A DNA stretch of 64,000 nucleotides, taken from the IMG/VR virus record IMGVR_UViG_3300021978_000001, positions 320,001-384,000 of that record; one strand, written 5' to 3'. The notes below the pieces were generated by a model that was given only the letters and a program-made list of their open reading frames with translations, did no database searches and was not told where the DNA came from. The DNA comes from a virus (lineage: Duplodnaviria; Caudoviricetes). Positions 17,642 through 27,625 of the stretch are shown piece after piece. The position numbers and the translations under genes are program-made. Within the stretch, counting starts at the first letter, position 1. Each line of letters starts with the position of its first letter.

Positions 17642-18283
17642 GCCTCTCCAGGGTGAAAGGCAGCCTACCCCTCATAGGCATGCAAGAACGTGGACCAGGG
17701 GCGCTCTGGTGAGCTGTCAGGGCACAGGACGCGCCAGGGCGCATACCCCCTGAAAGACATGAAAAACTTTTTCGTGAGAATTTTCTTCGGTTTTTGGACT
17801 CGACTCGGGCGTGGGCTTGGGATATGCCCTTTTCTGGAAACCCGCATAGAATCAGGACTTGAGTAAGGTCGGGCTCCTGGTGGAGAGAAGGAAAGGGTAA
17901 CGATAACGACCACACCAGACCCACCTCGCTCCGCTCGGTCTCGGTAGGGTTTACCCTCATCCCGACCCTCTATGTTGACCCCCTGTCCCACGATTCCCGT
18001 GATCTCATGCGGGTTTCCGGCTTTCTTGCCTTTCTATCCCTGGCGTGATCACGTCTCCCCACACGTGAGCAAACAGGTATCGTCTCCCTCTTATCTCTGC
18101 CGTTGTATCTCCTCTCTCCCTCCCTTCATGGGTGCTCGTATGTACCCCTGTCTGTCCTGTATGTCACTCCCTGTGTCGAGAGACACCACATGCCCAACCC
18201 ATGGAAATCCACTGTAAAGAATACCGAAAAAACCCCCGAAAAACCCCGAGTAATTATGCACGCTTTCCGACAGAAGACATGAC
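17642..18283. other. Largest apparently non-coding interval
   Basis: No ORF with an RBS or family resemblance; AT-rich patch 17756-17796; C/T-rich top strand about 17900-18200. Confidence 0.55.
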
Positions 18284-18313
18284 TTTACAGCCAGGGACGT
18301 TCTGTGGTACACG
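18284..18313 (+). promoter_or_regulatory. Conserved promoter class
   Basis: TTTACA-N18-TACACG with TGTGG. Confidence 0.7.
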
Positions 18314-18368
18314 TGATGTAGCTTGTATGGGGCATGGCTTGTATGGGACGCCTGTAGGAGGTACGAGT

Positions 18369-19136
18369 ATGAAGATCCATGCGGATACGAAGATCCATGC
18401 GGACTTTGAAGAGGCATGCATGCACGTGGTCAAGCGTATGCGTGGCAGTGAAGAAGAGAGGTACTCTCAAGGGGGCACGCGTCGAGGCCAGGAGATGGCC
18501 GCAGGGGATTGGCGTCTTCGACCCTGGACGCCATTAGCAGGAACGAAAGGACTCCTGATGAACACGCTTGTCCTGTCCCATGCGACAACGAATCATTCTG
18601 GTATTCAATCCCATGGTATCTCTCAATACCGCGTGATGGGAACGCCTATCAGTCTGGTGAATGGTCGAGACGCGTACTGGGTCGATTGGTACATCGACGT
18701 GAACCTGACTCTTCACCCCTCGAATCTTCCGGGCTATCTCGACACGCGACATGTGAGCGAGTTCCTGGGGGTCGAATACTTCGAGGACAGATGGAACGGG
18801 TGGGCCTATGCGTTGGATGCACCGATGGCGTGGTATGCGGAGGTCTCGGACAAGCGTGCATTGTTCATCTGGGGAGGATACGACGGTCAAGGGTATGACG
18901 AGGGTGTCAAGCGTTACATCGAGGAGATGTTCTCAGGAGTGGTATTGGAAGGACCGAGGACACGGGTACCTTTGAGCGACTCTGTAGACCTCGTGTTGTA
19001 CGCGCACCCTGACATTTTACCGTCGTTGCATGTTCGACCGTCGTTGACGAGTGCAGGGGATACCGAGCGTATCCTGAGTGCCTTGCGACGTGGGAGAGAG
19101 TTGCAAGAGCTTTTGGTGAGAATCACCGCATCGTGA
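18369..19136 (+). CDS. Family A paralogue (subfamily A1)
   Basis: GGAGG RBS; FIWGGYDGQGY; LYAHPDILPSL; ALRRGRELQELL. Confidence 0.8.
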   Translation: MKIHADTKIHADFEEACMHVVKRMRGSEEERYSQGGTRRGQEMAAGDWRLRPWTPLAGTKGLLMNTLVLSHATTNHSGIQSHGISQYRVMGTPISLVNGRDAYWVDWYIDVNLTLHPSNLPGYLDTRHVSEFLGVEYFEDRWNGWAYALDAPMAWYAEVSDKRALFIWGGYDGQGYDEGVKRYIEEMFSGVVLEGPRTRVPLSDSVDLVLYAHPDILPSLHVRPSLTSAGDTERILSALRRGRELQELLVRITAS

Positions 19137-19149
19137 GAATCACCGCATC
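19116..19149 (+). repeat. 17-nt tandem duplication across a stop codon
   Basis: gtgagaatcaccgcatc x2. Confidence 0.9.
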
Positions 19150-19170
19150 TATCAAGACAGGGAGAAAGGC

Positions 19171-19923
19171 ATGAGCAAGATATACAGGAACCGAAGAGAG
19201 ATGATCGAGGGGCACCTCGAAGGCTTCCCTGTGGAGGGAGGTAGAAGAGGATGGGAGAGCCCGGATGGGGTCAAGTACCTTGGCTGCGCGTGTGAGCTAT
19301 CGTTCTGGTCGGGTAAGCTCGACGAGGGGGTCTTTCAAGCCTCGGGTGAGGTCGCATTGTTTGGTCATGAGGTCAAGGCGCGTCGTCCTCTCTTGAACAG
19401 TGAGGTCAAAGGAGAGGAGGCAAGGGTCTTCTGGGTCGATGGCCGTTACCAGCCTCGACAGAGGGGCGCTCCTGAGCGTCGAACGAAGTATGGTCGTGAG
19501 GTCCGTGATCAGGGCATTGTGGGAAACTTCGAGGAGATGCGTGAGGTATCGAACGTGTTCGATCCCCATATCGTCATGGAGAGCTTGTGGAACGAGCCTG
19601 TGATGTGGCGAGAGGAGACGCGTCAGGGGGAATGTGTCTTCGTGTATCAGGGCTCGAACTACCCGCAATGGAGCGAGGAGGTCCTGGAACTCGCGCGCGA
19701 GCATGGAGCGGTCGATAACCGTGGGAAGACGCTCGAAATCACCTTGAGCGAGACGTATCCCGGGATCAAGCTCAGGGTGTACAACCACCCCGACATCTTG
19801 CCAGGTCTCCAGCTCCAGGCGTGGAGTAGGAGTGATGCATGCACGCTTGAGATCGAGAAGGTCCTGTGGCGAGGAAAAGCGCTTCAAGAGGCTTTTGCTC
19901 AGATGTTGAGCGAGGAGACATGA
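19171..19923 (+). CDS. Family A paralogue (A1)
   Basis: VYNHPDILPGL; VLWRGKALQEAF. Confidence 0.8.
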   Translation: MSKIYRNRREMIEGHLEGFPVEGGRRGWESPDGVKYLGCACELSFWSGKLDEGVFQASGEVALFGHEVKARRPLLNSEVKGEEARVFWVDGRYQPRQRGAPERRTKYGREVRDQGIVGNFEEMREVSNVFDPHIVMESLWNEPVMWREETRQGECVFVYQGSNYPQWSEEVLELAREHGAVDNRGKTLEITLSETYPGIKLRVYNHPDILPGLQLQAWSRSDACTLEIEKVLWRGKALQEAFAQMLSEET

Positions 19924-19964
19924 TTTACGAGACGTTCGAGGATCGGGTAGAAGGAAAGGTATGA
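19920..19964 (+). pseudogene. 14-codon relic or mini-ORF copying a family A N-terminus (MIYETFEDRVEGKV)
   Basis: ATGA overlaps at both ends; resembles the start of the next gene (MRIYESFE). Confidence 0.45.
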
Positions 19965-20581
19965 GGATTTACGAGAGCTTTGAAGCCGCGACCGTGGAGT
20001 TAAGCTGGACGTGTGAGATGGACGCATGGGTCGCGACGCCGTTCGGGGATTACTTCCGTGGAATCAGGACACAGGTCACGTGGGGGTATGTCCAGGATGG
20101 CATCCTCGGGGTCCGTCATTTCGACGTGTTGGGTATCCCTGTGCGTCTGGTGACAGGACAGCTCGGGTACTGGACACGTTGGACCCTGGATGCTCTCCCG
20201 GTCACGTTGGAGACGGCGCGCTTGTTGCGAGCGCCGTTTGGGTGGAAGGTCGATGGCATGGGTGGCGAACGTGATGTCGTGATCATGTGGGGAGGCTTCG
20301 ATGGTGAGTATCATCCCGAGGTCCTCGCGCACATGCGTGATCTCGAAGCGCAGATAGACAGGTTCGGGATGCGCGGCGCGGAGATCGGACCACAGGGCGC
20401 CACGGTTCTTTTCGGGCACAACGTTCGCTTGCATGTCTACCCTTCCTCGCGAGTCTTGCCGATGTTGCGCGTCAAGTGGGAGATGGGAACCGTTCAGGAG
20501 AGCGAGGGAGCCTTACGAGCCTTACGACGCGGGAAAGAGTTGCAAGAGCTTTATACGAGGATGATGACGTCATCATCATGA
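19961..20581 (+). CDS. Family A paralogue (A1)
   Basis: IMWGGFDG; VLPMLRV; ALRRGKELQELYTRM. Confidence 0.8.
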   Translation: MRIYESFEAATVELSWTCEMDAWVATPFGDYFRGIRTQVTWGYVQDGILGVRHFDVLGIPVRLVTGQLGYWTRWTLDALPVTLETARLLRAPFGWKVDGMGGERDVVIMWGGFDGEYHPEVLAHMRDLEAQIDRFGMRGAEIGPQGATVLFGHNVRLHVYPSSRVLPMLRVKWEMGTVQESEGALRALRRGKELQELYTRMMTSSS

Positions 20582-20601
20582 TGACGTCGAGGAGAAGAGG
20601 G

Positions 20602-21237
20602 ATGCACGTTTTCATGAGCTACATGCAGATGATCGAATGGTACCAGCGGGGGTCTTTTGAGAATCCCGTGCGCACGGCCATGTGGAACCCGATCAAGTGG
20701 TATCGTAAGGGCCACCTCTTGACCGGGAGCCTGGAGGTCGAATGCCGTGAACACGGCGTCTACGTCCTGAATATCGTCTGCGAGCGGGTCGAGCTACGTG
20801 ATGGTCGTGATGCTTGGTGGGGCGTCTGGAGCATGTATGGGTACCCGTTCATGCCCGCCATGGAAGCGAGCGTGGGAGAAGAGACCTGGTGGCAAGCCTT
20901 CAAGCCGATCTTGACGCCCTCGTGCCTCTGGGAAGAGGACAGGCGCGACGAGAAGAAGCGCATCTTGTGGCCAGGGTATGGCGGCCAGGGGTATGGTGTG
21001 GAGATCGAGAGGCACGTCGAGGAAGTCTTGGGGCACAAGCTCGAAGGGTTATACACGCCTATCCAGCTCCACGCAGGCGTGATCTTGCAGCTCTACGCGC
21101 ACCCTGACGTCCTCCCCGCTGTTCATGTCGATCGCCGTGCGTTCTCTGCACACGAGACCGAGAAGATGATCGCCGCCTTGCGACGTGCCAAGGAGCTTCA
21201 GGAGCTTTATACAAGGATGATGAGCCGCGCTGAGTAA
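20602..21237 (+). CDS. Family A paralogue (A1)
   Basis: ILWPGYGGQGY; LYAHPDVLP; ALRRAKELQELYTRM. Confidence 0.8.
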   Translation: MHVFMSYMQMIEWYQRGSFENPVRTAMWNPIKWYRKGHLLTGSLEVECREHGVYVLNIVCERVELRDGRDAWWGVWSMYGYPFMPAMEASVGEETWWQAFKPILTPSCLWEEDRRDEKKRILWPGYGGQGYGVEIERHVEEVLGHKLEGLYTPIQLHAGVILQLYAHPDVLPAVHVDRRAFSAHETEKMIAALRRAKELQELYTRMMSRAE

Positions 21238-21244
21238 AAGAGTT

Positions 21245-21273
21245 TTTACGGTGGCGTGCCCTTGTGGTATCGG
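21245..21273 (+). promoter_or_regulatory. Conserved promoter class with overlapping hairpin (21267-21298)
   Basis: TTTACG-N17-TATCGG with TGTGG; gtatcg(g)tacgtgt/acacttacgatac imperfect inverted repeat. Confidence 0.75.
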
Positions 21274-21309
21274 TACGTGTAGATGACACTTACGATACAG
21301 GAGGACACG

Positions 21310-21891
21310 ATGGACATCTTGGAGCTGGCAGACAAAGCGACGAACTACGACGTCACGATGGAGATCGAGTATATCGGTGAAGGCATGCGCCTCATCTACA
21401 CGACTCGTGATGGTGCGGTCGTGACGTATGAGGTCATAACGCATGAGGAGCGAAACCTGCTTGGCCTGCGCCGCGTCAATTTGCGTTGTAAGGATGACGA
21501 CGATGGGACCCTTTTTTGCGTCGGGATGGATCTGGACATCGTGGAGACGGTGACCTACAAGGGGCGCGCGTGGCAATACATCGGCGTCCTGGACAGTCTC
21601 CCGGATTACAGGGAGGAAGACCCCTTCGACATCGCGTGGTTGGATACCGTCGAGCGTGTCCAACAGCACGCGGATCAGTGGGGGCATCCCTGGGAGATTG
21701 GCCGCTACAACATCATGAGCATCCTCATCCCTGGGGGGTCGATCCGGTTGAATGTGTGGCGACGCACGGGGGTCTTTTACGAGGCGGACGAGAAGTGTTC
21801 GTTTCGCGAGGTCGAGGAGATCGAAGCGCACATCACCGCGCTTCGTAAAGGCAAGGCCGCTTACGAGCTATACAAGCGAACGTGCTTTTGA
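21310..21891 (+). CDS. Family A paralogue
   Basis: GGAGG RBS; EIEAHITALRKGKAAYELYKRT. Confidence 0.75.
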   Translation: MDILELADKATNYDVTMEIEYIGEGMRLIYTTRDGAVVTYEVITHEERNLLGLRRVNLRCKDDDDGTLFCVGMDLDIVETVTYKGRAWQYIGVLDSLPDYREEDPFDIAWLDTVERVQQHADQWGHPWEIGRYNIMSILIPGGSIRLNVWRRTGVFYEADEKCSFREVEEIEAHITALRKGKAAYELYKRTCF

Positions 21892-21964
21892 TACGCTTCT
21901 CTCCTGTGACCTTCAACTCGAACAGGTCTTACGACAAAAGGTCTTACGACAGGAGATAAGCATC

Positions 21965-22612
21965 ATGGGCCGTACCATCAGCACCAAGCACGAGATCAGG
22001 AAACGCCAGATCACAGAGGACGTTCACATCGAGGATCACACGGAGGTCCGGGAGGTTCTCGAAGACCGCGTGCTCAAGACCAAGCGGAAGCCACTCAAGC
22101 GTGAAGCGGTCCACAAGGATGGCATGCGTTGTGAGATCCGTGAGGAGTACGACAAAGCCACGTCGCAGTCACGCTGGAAGGTCAGCGAACCTTGTGATCC
22201 GTTCTTCTTGACGGATTGGGATCACCAACCCCCCGGTGACTGGCGCGGTACAGGCGAGTTCAAGCCCGCGTATAACGCCATTTCTGCTGCGTTCGCCAGG
22301 AAGATCGAAGAGAGGGGGTGGGAAGCCCATGCGAGCGTGGCGGGCGTGACGTGTGAGCGCGTCTTCGAGGAAGCGGAAGAGGGGACGCGCGTGAAGTTCA
22401 CGATCGAGCCTTTCGTGAAGGCTCATGGTGGTGTGGGGTGTGAGGTGTGGTGGGCGGACTTGTATCTCTACTACGATGAGATCTACTCCGAGGAGTACAC
22501 GCTCGACATGATCCAGGAGAAGCGTCGTATCCTCGGTGAGATCGAGGAGATGTATACGTTTCTCCTCGATCACCTTGAGGAATACAAGGCGGCTTTACTT
22601 GACGCGTCATGA
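21965..22612 (+). CDS. Hypothetical protein (marginal family A resemblance)
   Basis: AGGAG RBS; C-terminal RRILGEIEEMYTFL. Confidence 0.75.
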   Translation: MGRTISTKHEIRKRQITEDVHIEDHTEVREVLEDRVLKTKRKPLKREAVHKDGMRCEIREEYDKATSQSRWKVSEPCDPFFLTDWDHQPPGDWRGTGEFKPAYNAISAAFARKIEERGWEAHASVAGVTCERVFEEAEEGTRVKFTIEPFVKAHGGVGCEVWWADLYLYYDEIYSEEYTLDMIQEKRRILGEIEEMYTFLLDHLEEYKAALLDAS

Positions 22613-22618
22613 CACGTT

Positions 22619-23461
22619 GTGCTATCCCTCGGGAGGGCCACGTTAACCTCTACGAGAAGACCGTTCTTGACTCACGAGACACCACAATCATTGGAGCACG
22701 CGCTTCAAGCACTTGTCGAGGCTTACACGACCTTTGGCGTGGCATCGTATACCCTCGGGCATGAGACACCTCTGGATGTGTGCGTTTCGACGGAATCTCT
22801 CAAGAGGAGCCCGGACAACAAGGGTTGGAGGTTGGTGGTCGAGCATGTGTTCTGCCCCGAGTTCCCTCAAGGCGTGGAGCCCGAGACCTGGATCAGTCTG
22901 GCCCTGGCGCGTGATCGCGGTGATGTCTTCCCTCATGTCAAGCATTTTATCGATGATTACAACGCGAACCTCACCCCGTTGGAGCGTGAAGAGGCGCTGG
23001 CCTTGATCGTGACCGCGAACACCTTGTTGGGTGGTCGTGTCGTGACTCATGAGGAGAAGAGGTATCGTATCCTGTCGCTGGATATGCCCACGCTCGTTTG
23101 GGGCGCGCAAGAGCGCATGCGCCTGGAAGGTTTCCTGTCACATCTCGTGCGCCCTTACCGTGCGTGGCAACACGACCACTGTGACCTCTGGTGGTATCCT
23201 CTCAACGGCTCCAGAACGCATGAAGGGGGCTTACGCGTAAGCCTCGTGGGGTCCGCCCTTGTACGCGAGCTGCATACCGTGGCGCGCGCCCTGGAGATCC
23301 TCACGCATAAGTACGCGTGGTTGCCGTGGCGTGCGATGCCAGGGGAACGGTCCCTACAGAGCATCCCGACCTGGACCCCGGGACCCGAGCAGTTGCGCGC
23401 GTACCTTATCAAACAGCGCGAACGTGCCTGGGAGGCACGTCGTATCCGTCCCTGGAGATAA
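22619..23461 (+). CDS. Hypothetical protein, paralogue of 24134-24919 (start uncertain)
   Basis: Shares R(Y/F)RI...GF...WQHD...RAW with 24134-24919. Confidence 0.7.
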   Translation: MLSLGRATLTSTRRPFLTHETPQSLEHALQALVEAYTTFGVASYTLGHETPLDVCVSTESLKRSPDNKGWRLVVEHVFCPEFPQGVEPETWISLALARDRGDVFPHVKHFIDDYNANLTPLEREEALALIVTANTLLGGRVVTHEEKRYRILSLDMPTLVWGAQERMRLEGFLSHLVRPYRAWQHDHCDLWWYPLNGSRTHEGGLRVSLVGSALVRELHTVARALEILTHKYAWLPWRAMPGERSLQSIPTWTPGPEQLRAYLIKQRERAWEARRIRPWR

Positions 23462-23464
23462 CAC

Positions 23465-24061
23465 ATGAAGGTCTACTCCCCCGAGGGTTACGCGGTCTCC
23501 CAACTCCCTGACCGACTGGAGCACTACTTCCAGGGCGTCCTCGATGTCCAGACACGAGCGTACTACATCCTCGAACCCGATTACATCTATCGACGTGCCC
23601 GTTGGGTCGAATACATCTCTGGTCGTGGCGTCAGCGCGCCAGTGCAGCGAGACACAGACGTGTTTCGTTTCCTGGAAAACATGCGCGTGTCGTATGGAAG
23701 CTCGGGAGAGGAGATCGAGGTCAGGGGGTTTGGCCCGCCCTTTGACAGGCGAATCGACCACATCATGCGTGATCAGCTCGGCTTGACCTCTGACCCCGTG
23801 GCAGAGGACTTTTGGCCAAAGTCCAGGAGCTATAAAGGGGAGATCGAGGGGGTGTCCTTCGAGATCATCAATGTGATTTGGGAAGACGTCCCCTTGCAGC
23901 TCAAGCTCCCCGAGTTCAAGACTTGCCACCCCGAAGAGGTCGAGGCACAGCTCGGGGTGTATCGCCGTATCCAGGCGCTCTTTCACACGGCCACGAGGCT
24001 CGCAAAGAAACCCGTGCTCAAGCGGTCCGAGGTTATCGATGTCCTCGGTGTGAGGCTTTAA
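23465..24061 (+). CDS. Family A paralogue
   Basis: VRGF; EEVEAQLGVYRRIQALF. Confidence 0.75.
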   Translation: MKVYSPEGYAVSQLPDRLEHYFQGVLDVQTRAYYILEPDYIYRRARWVEYISGRGVSAPVQRDTDVFRFLENMRVSYGSSGEEIEVRGFGPPFDRRIDHIMRDQLGLTSDPVAEDFWPKSRSYKGEIEGVSFEIINVIWEDVPLQLKLPEFKTCHPEEVEAQLGVYRRIQALFHTATRLAKKPVLKRSEVIDVLGVRL

Positions 24062-24063
24062 TC

Positions 24064-24092
24064 TTTACGGTGTGAATCTCTTGTGGTACATA
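24064..24092 (+). promoter_or_regulatory. Conserved promoter class
   Basis: TTTACG-N17-TACATA with TGTGG. Confidence 0.75.
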
Positions 24093-24133
24093 CCAGGTGT
24101 TGATGAAGGAACACACCACGAGGAGACCACACC

Positions 24134-24919
24134 ATGAAGATCCCTACCGAACCGATCGCGCTCACAGAACTGCTCGACCTCTTGAAGAGCGGTCTCACCG
24201 AAGAGAACGCACGCTACACCATTTGGGAGAAAGATGACGGGACGTTGCGCTTCGATTTTCAAATGGGGCTTCCTCTTGAAGGCGGTCGTTGGAGCATCCA
24301 GCCCAAGCAATACTGGGATGTGGTGGAAGGGGAGACCTGGATCTCGCTGCGCCTCATGGGTTCTGTCAGCGATGCGCATTACATCTACAACCATCAACGT
24401 AGCTTCAAGGTGCACTCCTTAAAGTACAGTGAGCGTGCCATGATGAGGAAGTTCACGCATGCGATTCATGCGGTCCTGTGCGAGCGTCCCATCAAGCACA
24501 CGGTCAATGGTGAAGAGCGCATCTTCCGCATCATCCCATTCGACACCGAGCGCGTGACGTCCCAGGCGCATGATGCGCTGCATGACCTCGGGTTCGAGCA
24601 GGTGGAGTACCACCCGCATGGCCCTCGTTGGCAGCATGACCTCGGGGAGATCTGCTTGCGTCCGCTCGGTGCAGGCGTGCAGATCGAGGTGAAGCCTGGG
24701 GTCAATGTCGTGGAAGCGACCATGTTGCTCTCCCGAGCGCGTGAGGTCTTGACCACCGAGACGTATGCCATAAGCGCGGGGCCAGAGGCAACACGCATGT
24801 CTTGTGCATGGTGTGTGGATAGCCTCGATGTCTGGAGAAAGAAGGTCGAGCAGGAGGCAGACTCGCGCGCCTGGAAAGCGAGCCTTCGTAATGACCGTCA
24901 AAAGAGGGTGAGCTTGTGA
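24134..24919 (+). CDS. Hypothetical protein, paralogue of 22619-23461
   Basis: GAGGAG RBS; HDLGF...RWQHD...SRAWK. Confidence 0.8.
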   Translation: MKIPTEPIALTELLDLLKSGLTEENARYTIWEKDDGTLRFDFQMGLPLEGGRWSIQPKQYWDVVEGETWISLRLMGSVSDAHYIYNHQRSFKVHSLKYSERAMMRKFTHAIHAVLCERPIKHTVNGEERIFRIIPFDTERVTSQAHDALHDLGFEQVEYHPHGPRWQHDLGEICLRPLGAGVQIEVKPGVNVVEATMLLSRAREVLTTETYAISAGPEATRMSCAWCVDSLDVWRKKVEQEADSRAWKASLRNDRQKRVSL

Positions 24920-25527
24920 TTCAGGGTATCGACGAACTGTGCAACAGGATCGCGGCGGGTCACACGGGGATCGAGGTCGCACGTCTCGCCAAAGGCGTGC
25001 GTATCGGGAATCAGATCTTCAACCTCCAACCCGATCCGTATAGTCTCTGTGTTCGCCTGAGCATGTCTTATGGCGTACCGACCACGCCTCTGGCGGTCGA
25101 ACAACTTTGCCAGGGCGCGGGGCATTACTTGCTCGGGTTTATGGAGGAACGCCTCGCTCATGAGGTTCAGCCCGGGGATGTGCGTACTTTTATCGGGCTC
25201 GGGCCACAGGTACCGGACCCTGAAGGCCACGCGTTCCTCACAGAGCTTGGGTTCAAGAAGACGGGTTTTACAGGATGGGCGACCGAGTACACGCTCGGTG
25301 AGAAGTATGCGTGGGCCACGCTCGTGCTCCCCTGGCACAAGGGCGCCTCCATTCTCATCAAAATGGACGAGGTGACGTTCGCGTCTTCTCCGGCAATGCG
25401 ATCCTACCTCGAAAGCATGCGTCGCGTCTGCGAGCTGTGTGAGCTGTGTGAGCGCACCTTGGGGCGCCCTGTCGGTGTGGGTGGGCGTGCAATGGCGTCA
25501 GGTTTGCACACTGGAGAGGAAGAATGA
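24916..25527 (+). CDS. Family A paralogue
   Basis: FLTELGF; AMRSYLESMRRVCELCELCERTL. Confidence 0.75.
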   Translation: MIQGIDELCNRIAAGHTGIEVARLAKGVRIGNQIFNLQPDPYSLCVRLSMSYGVPTTPLAVEQLCQGAGHYLLGFMEERLAHEVQPGDVRTFIGLGPQVPDPEGHAFLTELGFKKTGFTGWATEYTLGEKYAWATLVLPWHKGASILIKMDEVTFASSPAMRSYLESMRRVCELCELCERTLGRPVGVGGRAMASGLHTGEEE

Positions 25528-25712
25528 CGGACAATGAGGAACTCATCGGGACCTTCGAGAGCTGTGAAGCGTTCGAGGACCACCTCGCGCGCGTCCTCGG
25601 GATGGCGCCGATGGAACACGGGTCGTTTTACGTGCGCGGCAACCACCATGACTCGAACGGATTATTTCTTGACGCTATTTACAGCTTGTGGTACATCATG
25701 GTAGACGAGTGA
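25524..25712 (+). CDS. Short ORF, possibly a truncated family A N-terminus
   Basis: TFESCEAFEDHL start motif; contains a promoter in its 3' end. Confidence 0.5.
   Translation: MTDNEELIGTFESCEAFEDHLARVLGMAPMEHGSFYVRGNHHDSNGLFLDAIYSLWYIMVDE
25669..25697 (+). promoter_or_regulatory. Conserved promoter class (intragenic)
   Basis: TTGACG-N17-TACATC with TGTGG. Confidence 0.7.
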
Positions 25713-25736
25713 TTGAACTCCAAAGAGGCATGACAG

Positions 25737-26456
25737 ATGCGTGAAGAGACCACAAAGAAGATCCTGGACCAAACGTGCGAGGCGCTGCGTGCAGCGGGAT
25801 ACGACGTGAGCATGGGGCAAGATGCATGGGGCTACATCAATGGCTTGCGTGTCATTATTGGCGAGAGGCTCAGATTCTTCTACTTGGAGCGCAAGTATGC
25901 AGGCGACATGTGCATTGCGCGGTGGAACGGTGGGGCTATCAGTTATACCAGCCCCGGGCATTGTGGCGAGGCGCTTCGTGAGTATCTCTCGGATGACCAG
26001 AGCATCCTCGACCACTTCCCCTGGATCGAGACGTATGAAGATCTCCCGGTCAAGACCGAGCAGGGGGTCGAGCTGGTCAAGGATGGTGTCGAGGTCTTCG
26101 TGCATGTCGATGATGATCCCTGGCATGAGGAGGCGCTCGGGACCCTTCTGCGTCTCTTCCCACAGGTGACCTTGGCCCCACGAGGCCAAGGAGGGGGTGA
26201 TGCCATTACAATGTGGTACCAGAAGATCCATGTCGCCCCGACTGAACGGACTCTGCCCTGTACGATTCTTCTCCCGAGGTTCCGCGCGCTTGATTGGAGA
26301 TTGGAAGTTGGCCAGCATCGGAGCTTTGTTTCACCGGATGAGATGGAAGCGCACGCCCTGAAGTTTCGGGGCTTGAAAGAGCTGTATGCGACGATGCAGC
26401 GCGCGACCACGGGCCTCGACCTTCCGCGCGTTCCTGATACCTTGAGAGCGTCATGA
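25737..26456 (+). CDS. Family A paralogue
   Basis: LRAAGYDV (compare 40879); DEMEAHALKFRGLKELY. Confidence 0.75.
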   Translation: MREETTKKILDQTCEALRAAGYDVSMGQDAWGYINGLRVIIGERLRFFYLERKYAGDMCIARWNGGAISYTSPGHCGEALREYLSDDQSILDHFPWIETYEDLPVKTEQGVELVKDGVEVFVHVDDDPWHEEALGTLLRLFPQVTLAPRGQGGGDAITMWYQKIHVAPTERTLPCTILLPRFRALDWRLEVGQHRSFVSPDEMEAHALKFRGLKELYATMQRATTGLDLPRVPDTLRAS

Positions 26457-26536
26457 CCTAACATCGGGCGCTACAGGCGCTTGAAAGACCACTACATCAC
26501 CATGCAACGTTCGGTACGCTAACCTGGAGCTTTACC

Positions 26537-27085
26537 ATGCTCGTGAATCAATTCCCCTGGCAACTGATCTCTGCGACGTACCGTGCCGTGGAGCGAGAAG
26601 AGACCGGAGACAATACTTACGGCGTTCGCGCGTCCTGGGTATATCATCCGTGTGGATCAGAAGACGAGCACATCTTCGCGGTCATGCTGTTGCTCGACGA
26701 CGATGCGTTCGAGGTGCTAAAGGTCGTCCTGGAGTACAAGGCACCGGGCGGGGACTTTCTTCGATGCTTCGAGGACGCGCGGAGTCATCGAGACGCACTT
26801 TCGGTAAGTGTCTCGTATAGGCTATACAAAGAGGTCGGGCGTACTCATTTCGACCTCACCCAAGCGAAAGATGACGTTGTTGCGAACCTCTTCTATTCGG
26901 AAGCCGTGAAGTATCACTCGCATTGGCAACCGCCGTCAGGGGATGAGATCCCTTCGACGCTCTTCGAGTTGTTCGGTACCTTCGTCGAACAGGAAGATCG
27001 AAGAATATCCGAAGAACGAGCCGCGTGGTGGGCGGAGTATCGCAAGAACATTATATACAATGGCCGTCGCTTGGGAGAGGATTGA
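26537..27085 (+). CDS. Group B tagged protein (MLVNQF); paralogue of 27103-27603
   Basis: F.WQ...GV.A.W...P.G shared with the next gene. Confidence 0.8.
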   Translation: MLVNQFPWQLISATYRAVEREETGDNTYGVRASWVYHPCGSEDEHIFAVMLLLDDDAFEVLKVVLEYKAPGGDFLRCFEDARSHRDALSVSVSYRLYKEVGRTHFDLTQAKDDVVANLFYSEAVKYHSHWQPPSGDEIPSTLFELFGTFVEQEDRRISEERAAWWAEYRKNIIYNGRRLGED

Positions 27086-27102
27086 GACATAAGGAGAAGA
27101 CC

Positions 27103-27603
27103 ATGCTCGAAAACATGTTCAAGTGGCAAGCAGGTGAGGTCAGTGTATCCCCTGCGTTGAAAGACGATGGAAACAACAACTTCGAGGGGGTCCATGCTCG
27201 TTGGAAGTTTCGACCTTTCGGGGAAGACACCGAGTATCAATTCGGGTTCACCTTGCTTTCGGGTGATGTGTTCTCGGACAAGCATGCCGCGCTCTTCCTC
27301 CTCTATCTCGAACCGGGCGAGGAGAACTACCGTCAGTGCTACCATGAGGTCAAGCCCATGGGAGAGCTTCCCTGGCTCAAGGAAGCACACGCGTTCCTTG
27401 TGACGTGTGACGCAGGTAAGAGCGAGAGCGCATCCCTGGAGCGCATCAAGGAGTTCCCCTCGCTCATGTCTCACGTCTACCGTCTCGCGTTCGCAAACCT
27501 TCCTTACTGGCGCTCGAAGCCTGGCAACGGCATCGACCGTGAAGCCTTCAAGGTATTCCAGGAGCACATCGAGACGTGTTACCGAAAGCATATCGAAGCG
27601 TGA
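27103..27603 (+). CDS. Group B tagged protein (MLENMF)
   Basis: AAGGAG RBS before ATG at 27103. Confidence 0.8.
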   Translation: MLENMFKWQAGEVSVSPALKDDGNNNFEGVHARWKFRPFGEDTEYQFGFTLLSGDVFSDKHAALFLLYLEPGEENYRQCYHEVKPMGELPWLKEAHAFLVTCDAGKSESASLERIKEFPSLMSHVYRLAFANLPYWRSKPGNGIDREAFKVFQEHIETCYRKHIEA

Positions 27604-27625
27604 TCAGGCACGCCCGCGTTTCCTC

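Noticed and set aside
20560-20588. 18-bp palindrome gatgatgacgtcatcatc as an operator or recombination site
   Set aside because: Single occurrence in a low-complexity ATG/ATC-triplet stretch at a gene end; better explained as a local duplication.
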